A DNA stretch of 63,393 bases, counting the filler, from Choristocarpus tenellus KU-1152 (lineage: Eukaryota > Protista > Phaeophyceae), in the NCBI GenBank assembly GCA_964200185.2. It is 9 parts of 9 records of this genome, joined end to end, with 100 filler letters (N's around TTAATTAATTAA, not from the genome) between each part and the next. Parts side by side here need not be neighbours in the genome. Positions count along the whole stretch, not along the records: positions 1 to 16,914 come from CAXNAD020000745.1; 8 more parts are not named here. One strand, given 5' to 3'. Each line of letters opens with the position of its first letter. The first letter of the stretch is position 1. A program made the position numbers and the translations under genes. Positions 1-13,989 of this stretch are shown piece after piece. The notes beneath the pieces are model-generated. The model had not been told where the DNA came from. It did not search any database and saw only the letters and a program-made list of their open reading frames with translations.

Positions 1-979
1 TTTTTCTACTCTACCCTCTCGCACGGGACAAGCCTACGCCTGGGTTTTTACTTCCGACCCCCCCCCCCCCCCCAACATAAATGGGCCATATGCTGCCTTT
101 TCCATTACAAAACAATCTTGTCCTCGAACACTGTAAATCCTGTGTACAAAGGACACCCTCTCAGACCTTGCGCGTTTGATTTATGCTTTCAACTCTTGAT
201 TTTCCATATTTCCACAACCTTTCTAGTACCCTACATTTCACTTCTTGAATTCGATTTCTCTCCAACTGGATATAGTAATCAGTGCACCTCAAGTAAGTAT
301 TTTGACTCTTGCTTTGGAATCAGGGGGGAAGGTGTCTATGTGGAGGTGTACTGGTTATCACATCCAATCACTCCATGAAAATACAAATTCTGTTTTTTTT
401 CTTGTAAGCTACAGGAACATTTTTGCAAAATCAGACAAATATAGAGTCTGGATTCAAATCAACCACATAAAAGCCTCAAAAACCACACCATGTACTAACA
501 TGAAATTAAAGAGTAGAATTTTTGTGCATTGAAAGAGGCAGTCTTAGCAACAGACACGCCTCTGCAAATTTTGTTCTAAAATATGACAAATAATGATAGC
601 AGGCTCGAAGGAGGAAACATGTTCTAAAAAAAAAGAAGTTACGTTGGCATTTGTGAGGTCTAGATTTGGACTTCAGACACAAAAGTCCTCGTGCCAATCG
701 GTAATTAATAAATACACAGTGTGAACCAATATTGGCAACATAGATATGCCTACATTTTGACAAAGTTTGTATGAACATTTCCCCAGAGGATGTCGGAGGC
801 GTGGAGGAGAAGGTGCTGCAAACATGCAACCAATACAACCAAGGGCATGGTACAGATAAGGTATTCCCTACACTCAGCTCAGACAAGTGGGGTATCATAG
901 ACAGGCACAAATCAACAACTTCAGGGGCAAAGTATCGAATCTGGCCCAATGACCAAACAGCAAAGTACACTTCACCCAC

Positions 980-3900
980 CTGTGACAATAGCTGTTGCTT
1001 CTCCTCCATAGTTAGCTCCCCCACTTCAACCATTGTCTTGATCTACATGTGTACACAACACAACACCAAACAGATGATTAAAAAAAACAAAACATGGGGA
1101 AATAAAGAAATGAAACAAAAATACGAAATTCTCTCCAATTTTTCAAACATATCGTAAGGAATGACTACCTATTTCAAATAACGCACTTCTCATATAACCT
1201 GAAACAGCCAGACTCTAATTCTTAAATCGTATTTTTTCTCCCTCTTACTCAACAAAACAAAGAGAAATCTGTTTTCAAATATATAAGTAGAAATAATGAC
1301 TGGTGATTGGTTGAACTTTGCCATGAACTTGAGAGTCATGAAGTCGAAGTGAAGAGAGAAATAGGAGAGGGGGGGGGGGGCATGGGGAGGTAAACCTGGA
1401 ATACATACTTTCATAGACTGTAGTCAGAACTCTATTCCATATATGCTCATTCAGTTGACCACAGTAGGGCCATAACATGCGTACACTCCTTCACCAAGAG
1501 CTGTCATAACAAGATTTCTGACTGATATCAAGAAAATGACTAATTCAAAGAATTTATGTATATTAAAGACAAAATGAGAGCAAGGATATTGCAGGGAAAA
1601 TGAGAACCATTGGCTCAAAGCAACACACCAAATGTTCCATTGATGCTTCTTTTTTCAGAGTATACCATCAGACACCACCAAATAGGTGATTGCACTGGGA
1701 GTGTTCTACTTGACTTACATGCTAACCTGGAGGAAATCCCAGGTGGAAAAAAAAGGAAGAGGGTTGCTCTACTCTAATACCAACATACATGGAACCACCA
1801 CCAAGGAAAAAAAGCCATCACCAGGGTCAGAGAACTCTTCCCCGTCAACAAGACTGACACACCTCAATTGTGCTACAACTGAAACACTGCGTAATTTTGA
1901 TATGGAAACCTAATCCTTACCCTCACCCTAACCCATTCAACTAACTTTCTTCTGCTGATAACTTCCCCTCCATCTTTCATCAACTCCAGACTTCCTTCAC
2001 CCAAGAAAAACGTCTGAAGGGATAGCTCAAACATGCCTCCACCCCCCACCCATCTATTTCAAACAAAAGTCATAATAAATTTTCTTGAAGAGTGGGGCCA
2101 AACGGCACCAGCAGTCACAACAACATCAACAAAACAGTCTCTACATCACAACCCCAAAAGCCAGCCAATCAGATGGAGGCACGTATCCTCTCCTCCCTTC
2201 TACTAATATTTACTTCAACCGCAACCTCAACCCACACAGGGAGAGACAAGTCCACCTGTGTGTTGAGCCAAGAAGCTTTTTCCTCCAAGACTTCCATATC
2301 CATATTGTCATACACATCCTGCTCCGGCTGTGTTAATGCCTCCATCTTCATCAGCTTCTGTTCTGACTTTTTGTACCTATTTGTACATACACAATACAGA
2401 TATTGGTAAGTGAATATAGAATTGATGGTGTTGACAGAAAGGTATGACTAACTAGGGTGAAAGAAACCATTGACACTATGAATGATTGAATATATCCCAT
2501 CACTGGTATGTATGTATATTGGTGATGCAACATACAACGCCAAATAGATCCGCAGATCTCCCCATACCTGGAAGTCAGACATCCCCGATTTGTCCTCAAA
2601 ATTGATGTGGCCGCTGTTTTTTTGTTTGTTTGTCCATATATACTTCGCTGATACAGATATTAAAAAAATATTACAATTTGAGAGGTATTTTTTCGAACTA
2701 TATGTATCTTTTTGAGTTTATCAAGGATACTATTGTTGCATCAGCACTAAAATGTGCGAAGAGAAATAGCACTTATGACATCATGAAGCTTAAAGGACAA
2801 TATCTGCCGTAAAACCCAGCAATATTGGAAAATGTTTCCATACAGAAAAAAAGTTACAAAAGTATGGGGTACCTAAGTACACAAGAGATTAGTTTCTGAT
2901 ACGAAAAGGTATACTTGAAATACCAGCTACGATTCATCTCATGATCACACCACTAAAAACGCCATCTATTAAGAAAGGTGTTGGTACTATTGATGCTGTG
3001 GAGTCAGGTTTGCAACCCTGCGACAAACAAGAAGCAAAACATACTAATGAGAACATATTTTATGATCCTATCCACACCTTCCCCTTGTGCGTGTGCGTGT
3101 GTGTGTGTGTGTATGTGTTTTGAAACAGGTGTTCATTGGAAAAGGAATACAGACATTGAATTCTCAAGCTCCTGGAAACAGTAACAATTGGGATAAAGAG
3201 TTGGCTGTGGAAGGGTCTGAGACTAATGTCATATTTTAGGTATTTTTCCCAAAATGAATGTTGCACATGGTAGTCCTAGGGTTTACAGCTGCAAGAACGG
3301 CCACTTAAAAAATCATCACAACAACAGGGAAAGGAAAGGTCCTAACTTCTTACAACTCTTAATAAATGTTTTGGCAATTGCTAGGAATAACACAATCATC
3401 AACCAAGAGATAGGCAAGGACGAGGTTTAGGTTTAGGTCTAATGCTGTTGGTACAGTAGCATACTATATAATAGTACTACCATAGTTGTCGTGGTCAGGG
3501 TTAGGGATATATATATGGAGTCGGTGTGTTTGTCAGCTTTTGTATCTCATGTGCGAATTGTTCTTTAACAGTGGTATCTACTCTTGAAGGGGGATGAAGA
3601 AAGTAAGGTAGGGCTGGGGTTGAACTTTTCTATTTAAGCATATACATAATAAAGGAATCTTTACATATTGAGAAATACATAGGTGACTGTGTTGACGTGT
3701 TATCCAAACTTTGACCAAAAACATCCACAATTGACCAAAATAATTGCCACACTGAAAAATGTAATATTTGACAATAAAAAGGCATGTAAGATAACAATTT
3801 AGAGTATTATGTATGTGCACTATTCCATCAAAGATTCCCCTCAAAGGCCAACCAACCTGAGACCAACACTTATGTAAGCTAAAATTTTATCACAACTGAA

Positions 3901-6900
3901 TATTCTACTTGATGGTGGTTCTTTGGAAGAACTCTATCTTATTAAAAGCGTAGTTATTGCGCATGTTTTAGATTTTCTTCAATAAAAAACAATAAATTTC
4001 ATGTAGAGAGATATTACTTCAAAGTATATTGAGACTTTTAAAATGATAAAATAGGAGAATATTTTTGTTACGGCTTGAAATTTCCACTATTTAAAGAGCA
4101 TAAACTTTAAAGAGAAAACACTCTATCAATAGAGCTATGCTTGAAAAAAAAGTCCCAACACTTACATTGCTCGGACACCAGGGCAGTTAGTAAGCGCACA
4201 AATCATGATAAACCAATTTCCTTTCTTTTTTTCTTCATACAATACTTCAATACATCAAATAGAGCACTACATATCCAAAACCCTAATCCTAACTAACCCA
4301 ATTGTATACTTCTCTCAAAGTACTCACACAGTAGCATAACCCTAACCCTTCATTACATAGCTCTCTACATACTTACAAAAACCCAACCCTAACACAAATC
4401 CTTTAAATAGTATTCTACATACTCACACTCCACGGAAGGCCAGGATGTGACGCAACAGTCGCTTTTTCTGGTTCCAAGATACCACCTGTTCAATACAGCA
4501 CAGTACAGAAAAAAAGCACAAACACCCACACATATACATGTGATCACAGCTGCATAAAAGAAATCAAGAACCCTTCATTGTAAATATAACGCTGCTATTA
4601 CTGTAGAACAAACAAAACAAGAGGCCACCTGAACAGCTGGAAGAAGCTAAAAAAGATAAGAAAACCTATAGAATACGCATATCGGAGCAAGAGACTTACA
4701 TACCTTTAGAGTACAATACAAGAACCAATACAGCACATCATGCCACTACAAAATAACAGAAGACCACCATACATAGTACAATATACATAGTATCACTCCA
4801 GAATAAACAAATAATCGAAAATAGTTGACCTGAGTGGCACAGCAAACTATTGAAAGCATTTTTTTTTCACGCTGTTAAAAAGAAAAATCACTTTTGCAAT
4901 ACAGCACTGCAGATTTTTTGTTGTTAGGTTTTGACTAACAAGTTATAATAGGAATGAAAACAAAAAAAAAATAATACATCAACAATATCACGCCGAATAT
5001 ACAACAAACATAATGTACTCTTCAAGTTTGAAGGGATAATACATTACAGGCACCTTGTTCGGTGGATTTATTAAAACAAGAAAACACAGCAAGGTATTGG
5101 GTAACTACAGACAACTCAACGGTACACCTTCACATATTTCGAAAAGAAAAATACAACAATTTAAACCATAATCACTACTGCAGACTTATAGCAAAAAAAA
5201 GAGCTGCACATCCAACCTTCTCACTCAAGAGTATTTCCGCCAAAAGAAACAACCTTGTCCACTATTTCTGTGATAGATGCTACCGGGGGACACCTCCACT
5301 CACTAACACCCCCTCTAAGGGACACTATCATTCCAGGGCAATCAACAAGGAAACCTTGTTGATATACTCCATCTGGTGGAGTGCAGACTCAGACTTGAGG
5401 TTCTAATATGAATTGTTTGTGCTAGCACTACTGGACTACTTAGGGTAAGGGCTGGGGTTCAAGTGTATACTCTTCCACTCTATTGGTTACTGTGCCCTAG
5501 GACTGTGGACATGGAACTGGTGTGGTCTATCACCTTTTCTCAGAGTCTAGCTTAAAAAAATAACCAATACCACTTCAAACAGAAATATGGGGTATGACGG
5601 TACAAAGCTAAGCAATGACAACACACTGCTAACTACTACGCATTTGACATTTTCCTGCATAGTCAAAACAGGCAACAGATCAAAATCATCCTCCTATTAT
5701 GATTATTTTCCTGATTTCGAGCAGTCTCCAAGCACCGGAAATCAGACAGTATACTCCTGGTTGCATCATGCAATAGACTGTATCCAGCAGGCACTAAGGT
5801 CTCAGAACATTTCTATGTACCCCATTTTACCGGCTTCAACTATGGAAACAATTCTTCAATTGCTACGTGACAACTCCCACAAAAGCAAAAATGCAAATAC
5901 TTAAATTATAGGCTTCTGAATGTTACCCTTTCTAATGTTCATATTTGAAAGAGAGGGAATTCTTTTGATCATAATGTAAAGCCAGGCTGTTACTACAAGT
6001 AGAACTCTAGTTTGAGGACGTTTTAGAGCAGGATCAAAATTAAATCTTTTGCATACTGCAAAAAGACATGATAAGAGGTACACTACACCTTGGATAAAAA
6101 TACACGTTGAAGTGACAGTATGCTGTATTATGGGCAGTAAGGACAACAGAGGAGGATTACATCTCACAACAGATAAAAACATTATGAAGATACATCACAC
6201 CTTCTCCTGGACCATCTCCTGGAAGGTATCAAAGGCACATACACCAGCCATGAATTCTGGTGAGGAAAGCGATGACATCAATGAAGCTCCCCCGATTCCG
6301 GAGGAGCCTCCTCCAATGTTGTTTGCACTCTGCCCACCATTGCCAATGCCATCTTCTCCCTCTGCAGTCTTGAGATCAATCCGTGGAAATACCTGAGAAA
6401 GGCAAAAAAGCAAAGAGTTAAACGTAAACATTATATTTACAAAACAAAAGGGAGTGCTACTGTACTGTTACGTAATGTTGTACCTCTAATATACAAAAAT
6501 ATTGTGAGAAAAATCCAACAGAAGTCTAGGAAAAATATAAAAACAGAAAGTAAGCACAAAATGACAAGATGACGAAAAAAAAATCCTGGAAAAATAGATT
6601 AGTGGGTCATAGCAACTTCTATTATTATTAACACAAATGGTTGAAACTGAAAATTAGGGGATACATACATACATACATATATATTCTTTTATTTTTTTCT
6701 CATATGTGTGTGGCGCTATCTCTCGCACACTTGCCACAATTCAACCTTAATTGGGCATATCAATATTTCTTAGCCAATTTATCTTACCACTCACAAATGC
6801 TTTCAGTTCACTACACTACAAAAATTACATTGGAAAAATACCAATTTCCACTAGTATACTTATACCGACGTACAGTAGTACTATTCTGATAAAACTCTGA

Positions 6901-9900
6901 TATGGGTTTTGAAAACAACAAATACAATGTTAAAAAAATCCTTCTCAATACTTAGACTCTTTCCCACAATCACTATTAATGTCACTACATCATCACATTT
7001 GGCGGTTGGATGGATGGATGGATGGATGGGCAATCTTCAGCAGAACAATTGCAACAACAAATTTGGAGAGGACTTACTAGAAATAAAAAACTGCCACTTC
7101 CACAAACAAGTTTTTACTTCCGTTCAGTGTTCTTAGGGCTGTCAATTGTAGCGATTCAATCACTACCAATAATCTTTTAAACAACAATTGGCATCACAAT
7201 TGAAACATTTCCAATATGAACATATTTCATCACACATATGCTTGTTGTGTGCTCTGCTAAAATTATTCTCACGGCACCTCATGGCGCTTAGTGATTCGTG
7301 GATACTTCGATTCAACCAAATGCACGAAAAAAGATTAGGGCCTATTTGAAGTGTATTCACAAAAAATTTCGATTCACAACCTTAAACCTTACGCTAGCAA
7401 CAGTTCATATTAAAGTAGTGGTAGCAATTGTATTGTATTGCGTAGTGCTATGTAGTAGTTTGTATCGTCAGAAGCAACTGTCCCTTACTACACAAGCCCT
7501 CCTGAACCCTGAATCCTGGACAAACATGAACCAGTATTCATCAATCGTATGATTATGATGAAGACACAACTTCAACTCGAGCATCGCTATAGGTGCTGGG
7601 TTGCAGAACGACGAAAGGAATGGTACTAGAAGCTAACCAACAGTCCAATAACCCATTTCTTCAAAACCAGTGTTCTTGAACAAAAAAATACCCCAATTGT
7701 TTAAGGGTTATAGACACTCAAGAGATAGAAACCTTTAATTTTTCCTTGCTCTTCTGGTGCAACAACCAGATGAATGAACCATGCAAGTACAGGATAAAAA
7801 AATCCATTCATGACCTTGAAACTATCAATACCATACACATCAGGAGTGCCCACCACAACATTAAGTATATGCGATTAAACGGTACTGCTTGATGATATAC
7901 ACTGACTGTAAATGTAGATACTATTCTGCCTTGCCATGCTCCTAATCTGTACCAATACAATTTTAACAGCACTATGGCTCACATGACACACACTTGTATG
8001 GGACAACCTGAAACCCAAGCAGATTGTAAGGAGAGCCATTAACTGAGCTTGAACGGTGATCTAGAGACCTTGGTCCACCTTCACTACAGATTCCTTAAAG
8101 TGACAAGCTTTTCCTGCTTCCCAAAATCCAGATCAAGAATGTAACATCGAAGTATGGACTTCACACTGGTGAGTGGGGTTAGGCTGTATATAGGACAAAC
8201 ACAAGCCAGGTACTTAGTTTGTCATACCTTCTCAAGTTGGTACCTGCATATAAACAATCCCAGAACAAACACTATCAAGTCTACGCATCACTCACAGTCT
8301 GAAGTACCATGGGATACACAATATACACATGAATCTGAAGCAGGTAGGGAACATCTAGCACATGCTCTGCAGACAACCAACCCCTGCTCAGCAAGTTATC
8401 CCAAGCTTTGACAATGCAATATTGATTTTTACTCAGGACACCGGTGGAGGGCAAGTACCTTGAATAAGACCAAAATGAGGGTGGGGAACTTGCAAGGAAT
8501 CTAGACATTAAAAAACTTACAACAATACTCTGAAATAGTGCTGCATCAAAGTACTGTATCAATGTACTGAAAAACAGTAATGCTTGGAAGTTTAGAAATC
8601 ACAGAAACAACTACTACATAGTGTATCACAAAAGAAAATATTACTAAACTGGAGAGCTCTACACCACCTCACCGCACAACCTTGATCCCCTCACAGCCCT
8701 AACCCAACTACAAACATCCACAGCCCAAATGATAACATCTTTTCCCACCTGTAGCATGCGTATTCCCTTATGTGTGTCATGCTGGCTCTTGTACAGTCCC
8801 TGACACTCCATAAGGGTAGTCGCTGCACGGTCCTCCATGAACCCCAGCTTTTTTCAAGATAAAAAAAAGAGTGCAAGGGTTGCAAATCGAAAATATTTGT
8901 AGAACTAAATGAAATCTGGCTGGAAAATTTTCAATGCACTAAATTGAACCAAAGGACTTTATTCAAACCACCAAGTACTTACTGCAAGATGTCCCAGGCT
9001 TAAACGAAATTCCTAGGTGAGGTGAGTGAATAGCTGAGTAACTCAAGAAAATAATGAGCAGAATATGCAGCACGCATGCATTTGAGGAAATAACTGATCT
9101 ATTGAAAGGTTTTATTTTGATATTGCTCCTTCTTCGAGGAAATGCGTTGTAGAGATTCAATTGCTATAAATCACACCCCTATAAAACATGCATATTGGGT
9201 ATGTGGGTGTGTGATAGTGCTTATTGATAGATGTAGAAGAATTAAAAAACCGGAGTGAAAGTATCCCCCACTTGCTTGATGTGCAGCAGAGGCTATTCCC
9301 CTGGTCCAAATTTTAAAAGGGCTTTTCAATGGACTGGGGGCCGGTTGGGCGAAACCTTGTTTAACAGAACCTTTCCAGGGCCATCAGAGAGAATAACCAG
9401 GCAGGACCAAGAATTGGCCCAGGTTGAGTGCGTCATAGGTAGGCCAAGCCACTGCCATTGAGACTGCAGACTGGACTGGTCCGTGGGCCAGCATGGTCGA
9501 AGCATGTCTAACAGGGTCAGACCGGGGCCATCAAGATTGTAGGCGGACTGAGCTGTGACCACTTGTCACTCACCATTACTCATCAGAATAATGACATCAC
9601 ATGATGCTTATATTATACTTCAACCAGACATTGCATACTGCTGTGTATGCAATGTCATGTGTGTCTACATATCTCGGGTCTATATCATAGGAAGTGATGC
9701 GCTTGTAGGGATGATGAGTGAGCCATGCCACCTAAAAAACTCAATCAACTGCAGCAAGTTATTCCCCAATGCAGACCCCACTAAACTTATCCCACACTGC
9801 TCACACTTTGCTGTTGTACACACCTTCAATTCTCAAAACTAAAAACTAAAAACTTTGGAGTAGATTCTTACACCTCTCAACCCCAACAAGTGTCAAGTCA

Positions 9901-11202
9901 AAAATATACTCACCAAACAGGTTAAGGATTATTTTTATCGGCAACTAAAAATTTCGTCTTTTCATCAAATAGTGACATGAAATGTCCCCCTTTAATAATG
10001 TTTTGGAAAAAACTGCTGTCTTTAAGCGAATAAATTCAACCACATTTTTTGGTCAAAACAATGGCCCATCCCAAATGTGAAAGCACTTACACATTACGAA
10101 TGAACCTAGGAAGCAGAAGTAGTATTATTATTTCACTGATTTTACAATACTCATCAGCTTCATCCGTAGTACGAGGAACAGAAAATTTCCCTCTAATGTT
10201 GCACTTTTATAGACTATCCTCCCCTCCCAAACACTTGACTAATGATGGGGAGAGTGTTGGCTTCACCATTGCTGTGGATACAAAAATGGCCAACTGATAT
10301 CACCTTAACCTCACCAAATAGCAAGTTCATCTATGTGCCCTTTCCACTGAGAATACTATGTAAGGAAACAGTCACTACATTAACAACCAATAGTGGGAGA
10401 TGAGCAACTCAATATATAAATAACCACCTCCTATACTTTCTTCTCCTGGTTTCAGCTGATAATGCAGTCAGAGCACAGTTTCCCTCTGCTTAAGATGGTT
10501 CTCCTATGACAGAAATAATTGCACTGAATGCTCTCATTTCAGACTGTCAAGAATATGTCTAAGGCTGCCACACAAAAAAAATCAAAAATAATATTATCAT
10601 TATGGGTTAAAATTCATGCCAATTACTACTCAGGCAGGTTAGGAATAAGGCTAGGTCTGAATAAACAAGGGAAGTGCGGCATTACAAAGGATATCAAAAT
10701 TGCTTTCATCCTAGTGCTCTAGACCCTTTCTGCCTAACAATAACAGTAAGTACTCAGACAGTATCCTGAATCTTGACCAGTCTAAAGCTAGTACTACATG
10801 AGAATAATAAGATGCTTCTGCACTACTAAAACCCTTGACCCTATTTTTTTTTTAAACTCACGGTGATAATGTGCTTATAACCCAGATCCTAGACCCTTTC
10901 AGTATAACCACAGTATCATGCTTTGACATTGCTACCTCAACCCTAGAACCAAATTGTCTCCTGTTAATGACAATTAACTACTCTGAAGAAAAAGCGGTAT
11001 CCTAAGCTTAGACCCATACTGTTGAATAACAGAAATAGTGATATAATATGTATTTAACAGTAACCAAGCCCTCCACCCTGGAGAGTAGAGTATGAAATTG
11101 CATCAAATAAATACAACTCACCTCCCGGAGTGAAGAGGTGAGGTAGCGCCCAAGGTCACTGTCATACCTTTGCCTGTTTTGTGCCTTTCCACCTCCAGTC
11201 TG

Positions 11203-11237
<35 letters not shown>

Positions 11238-12680
11238 CACAAGCGCACAGATTAAATGTCAGAATATGACAAAATAAAAAAACGCGATCATGCATGCATA
11301 AATAAACAGGCAACAGTACAAAACTTGAACGAAACAACCAAAACACTACAGACCACATGTGTGATATGAACAAGGACACGGAAGAAAAAATAAACACTAG
11401 GATTATACACGCTCATCAAGAGGCAAAAATTACCAACACAAAATAACTCCTCAAGTACCTGCTGTATGTAATATATTCCAATGCCACATACTATCCGTAA
11501 GACTTCAAAAGGACTTAATGAAGTACATGCTATATTAGATAAATTTCCCACAGGTCATGTCATTTAAAAAAACATAATTTTGTCTAATAGAATTGCCTTC
11601 CCTTAAAAGAATGTACTTCCTTCCCATCTTCCTTTGCACTTTTGGCAATGCACCAATTCATAGTAGGCTTTTCCCAATCATTTTCACACCACACCATCCA
11701 ATATCTCTCACCACAAATGTTACCCGGAAAGCTTCTGATGCGGGCACCGGCAAGGAGAATGCATCCTTCACCAACTCCCTCACCTGATACCGTACCATAA
11801 TTTGCACGTTCAGGTATTTGTGGTTCATACATTTTTGTGTCAAAGGTTGGGATGGACTTGCAATCAACACTAATTCGTGTGTGAATGAATATTTATGTTT
11901 GTATTATGTTATGTGTTTATGACCTTACGTGTGTTTGTTTGAGCACCCTTTTGAAAATTTTTCTAACTCATGGGATGCTACATGCTCGTATGCATGAATC
12001 CCAAGACAGATTACTAATGTTGACAGAAACACATCCACAGTTTTTCAAATGCGTAAGTGGGAGAAAAACAACACAAATTAAAACGTGGATTAGATGTGCT
12101 GCGATATTGTCAGGATGTAAAGCTCTTGAAACACCTACAAGAAGGAACCCTAGAAAAATTGATCAGGGTTGGAGGGAAATGGTCATAGTTTGAAGTATTT
12201 CACAAAGCTTTTTCATTTCTCTTTTTCTGCAAGGAGTACACTTTGTAGGGAAGGTTTTGCTCTTGTTCTTCGACAACAGCGGGCAATGTCATCTGCCCCC
12301 CAAATAACCAGAGCCAGGTCTGTTTCTGTGCATATTGATCAAGCACACATCATGTCCTTTTCCTCATTGTACCATTAGCGTGTTGGCGAAAATATGCCAT
12401 GAATCACTTTTTCATATGCCTGGAGAAAACAGTCACAATGTGTTACAAAAACCCAAATTTCTTTTATGTCTGACTTTAAGAACTAACTTTTGGGTAATTT
12501 GGGTGGTAGCAATATAGGGTTAGGGCTATAGTATAGGGGTACATAAAGCATACACACACACAAACACACCTGGGCCTCTCCATAACCAGCCAAGTCATAG
12601 GTGTCACTGACTGCTGAGGTCCTAATAGTCTTCGCCAGACCTGTGCCCTGGTCATTGCCAGCAGTATCGAATGCTGCCAT
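980..12680 (-). CDS. Multi-exon hypothetical protein with a possible divergent N-terminal Smr-like domain and a helical C-terminal part; 3' end not found in window
   Basis: Eight phase-compatible GT-AG exons: 12680-12570, 11783-11712, 11199-11122, 8847-8749, 6392-6201, 4485-4427, 2376-2256, 1042-980. Spliced product: MAAFDTAGNDQGTGLAKTIRTSAVSDTYDLAGYGEAQ|VRELVKDAFSLPVPASEAFRVTFV|TGGGKAQNRQRYDSDLGRYLTSSLRE|LGFMEDRAATTLMECQGLYKSQHDTHKGIRMLQ|VFPRIDLK...FDTFQEMVQEK|VVSWNQKKRLLRHILAFRGV|YKKSEQKLMKMEALTQPEQDVYDNMDMEVLEEKASWLNTQ|IKTMVEVGELTMEEKQQLLSQ, open throughout. Confidence 0.8.
11204..11233. repeat. (CA)n microsatellite next to an acceptor site of the minus-strand gene
   Basis: Run of acacacac... 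directly visible. Confidence 0.9.
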
Positions 12681-13989
12681 GATATTATTCTATGTTGAAA
12701 GAGGTTTGTGTGTGCACTGTGTGTGCTGTGCACGCGCGTGGATGTATGAAATGATGTTTTGAGGTGGAAATTGGTCCTGTCGTGTGTAGTCTCTCTCAAA
12801 CTCTAGTCCAATCCTTGTCCTTTCTACAAATTTTGAAGACTAGTCTTTGATTGATCTTCAAAATAGTCCTGCTGCTGTTTTATTATAATGTAAACAGCAC
12901 ATCAGACACAAGAGGTTGGTGGACAAGGGATGGTAGCAGAGGTGGAGAGAGGGGAGGATGTGAGGGGTCTCACTCATATTTCAATGTTGTGAATAGTTGT
13001 ATCTATCAAGGTTGTTCATGAAAGGGTGGTGGCGGTGGAAGGTTTGCATGAGTTGCCACAACCCCACAGGAGCAACACATTTTTCATTGCACTCAGTGCA
13101 TGATTCTTTCATCATGGCAGAAATGGCTGTGTCAGGGTTATTTGAGCAGGGAATATATGGGGGTGTTGTTGAATAAATGAAATAGACATGTTAACAAGGT
13201 GCCATGGATTGCAAATGTTTGGAGATGGAGGTCGCTAAAGGGCGTGGTATGTTTATTTTCTTCAGGAACCTGTGCATCAATTTGAAGTGTACATATAGCA
13301 TTCAAAAGGTGTATCAACAGGTTCATAGATGCAGTCAGACATTTTACAATTAGGCTCGTAAACAGCGTTACAGAAACTCCCTAACTCCTTGCAACACATG
13401 TTTCTTCCCGAGACAGACAGTACGCCTGAACAGTCATGCTTGCTGTTCAGCAGCCCGGTCACTCAAGAGATAGAAAACGAAACGGATCAAGGTATCGATA
13501 GTCTATTCCTGGTGCCAAGAGTGAGAGAAGAAAGAATCAATTTCCACATTCATGCTGTTTCTTCGCCAGCACAAGGCCTCCAACTACGACATAGTCATAA
13601 TTGTACCGATATCTTCTTCAATAGGGAAGGCCAGTGTTTTGGATAGACGAGAAGAAGCAGTGTGTACGCGTAAGGGAAGGAGACAGAGAAAGGAGTACAA
13701 TCCGTCACTTCTTTTATAGTATCAGTGTGGCACTTTGTGGAATTGCCTGTGTCGACGTATCAAGAGTATCGCCCAGACAAGGTTAAGTGTTTCATGAGCA
13801 TCACGTATCAGTCAATTTATGAGGAAAGGAGATAGAATAACTCTTTAAGGTGCTTAATAAATCTAAGCTACAGGTTCTTTGCCGTCTGGTGGGATAGGTT
13901 GAAAGTTTGACTTGTCTCATTCCCCTTCCTACCTAAACAACTCTTCAACGAGAAGCTCGACACCAATGACGACACCGAATCTAAGATGT

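Noticed and set aside
7489-8458. Two extra exon-like segments (8458-8382, 7586-7489) in the first gene
   Set aside because: They need an upstream phase-2 donor. The preceding exon ends in phase 0 and joins 6392 directly, and joining it to 8458 hits a stop after nine codons.
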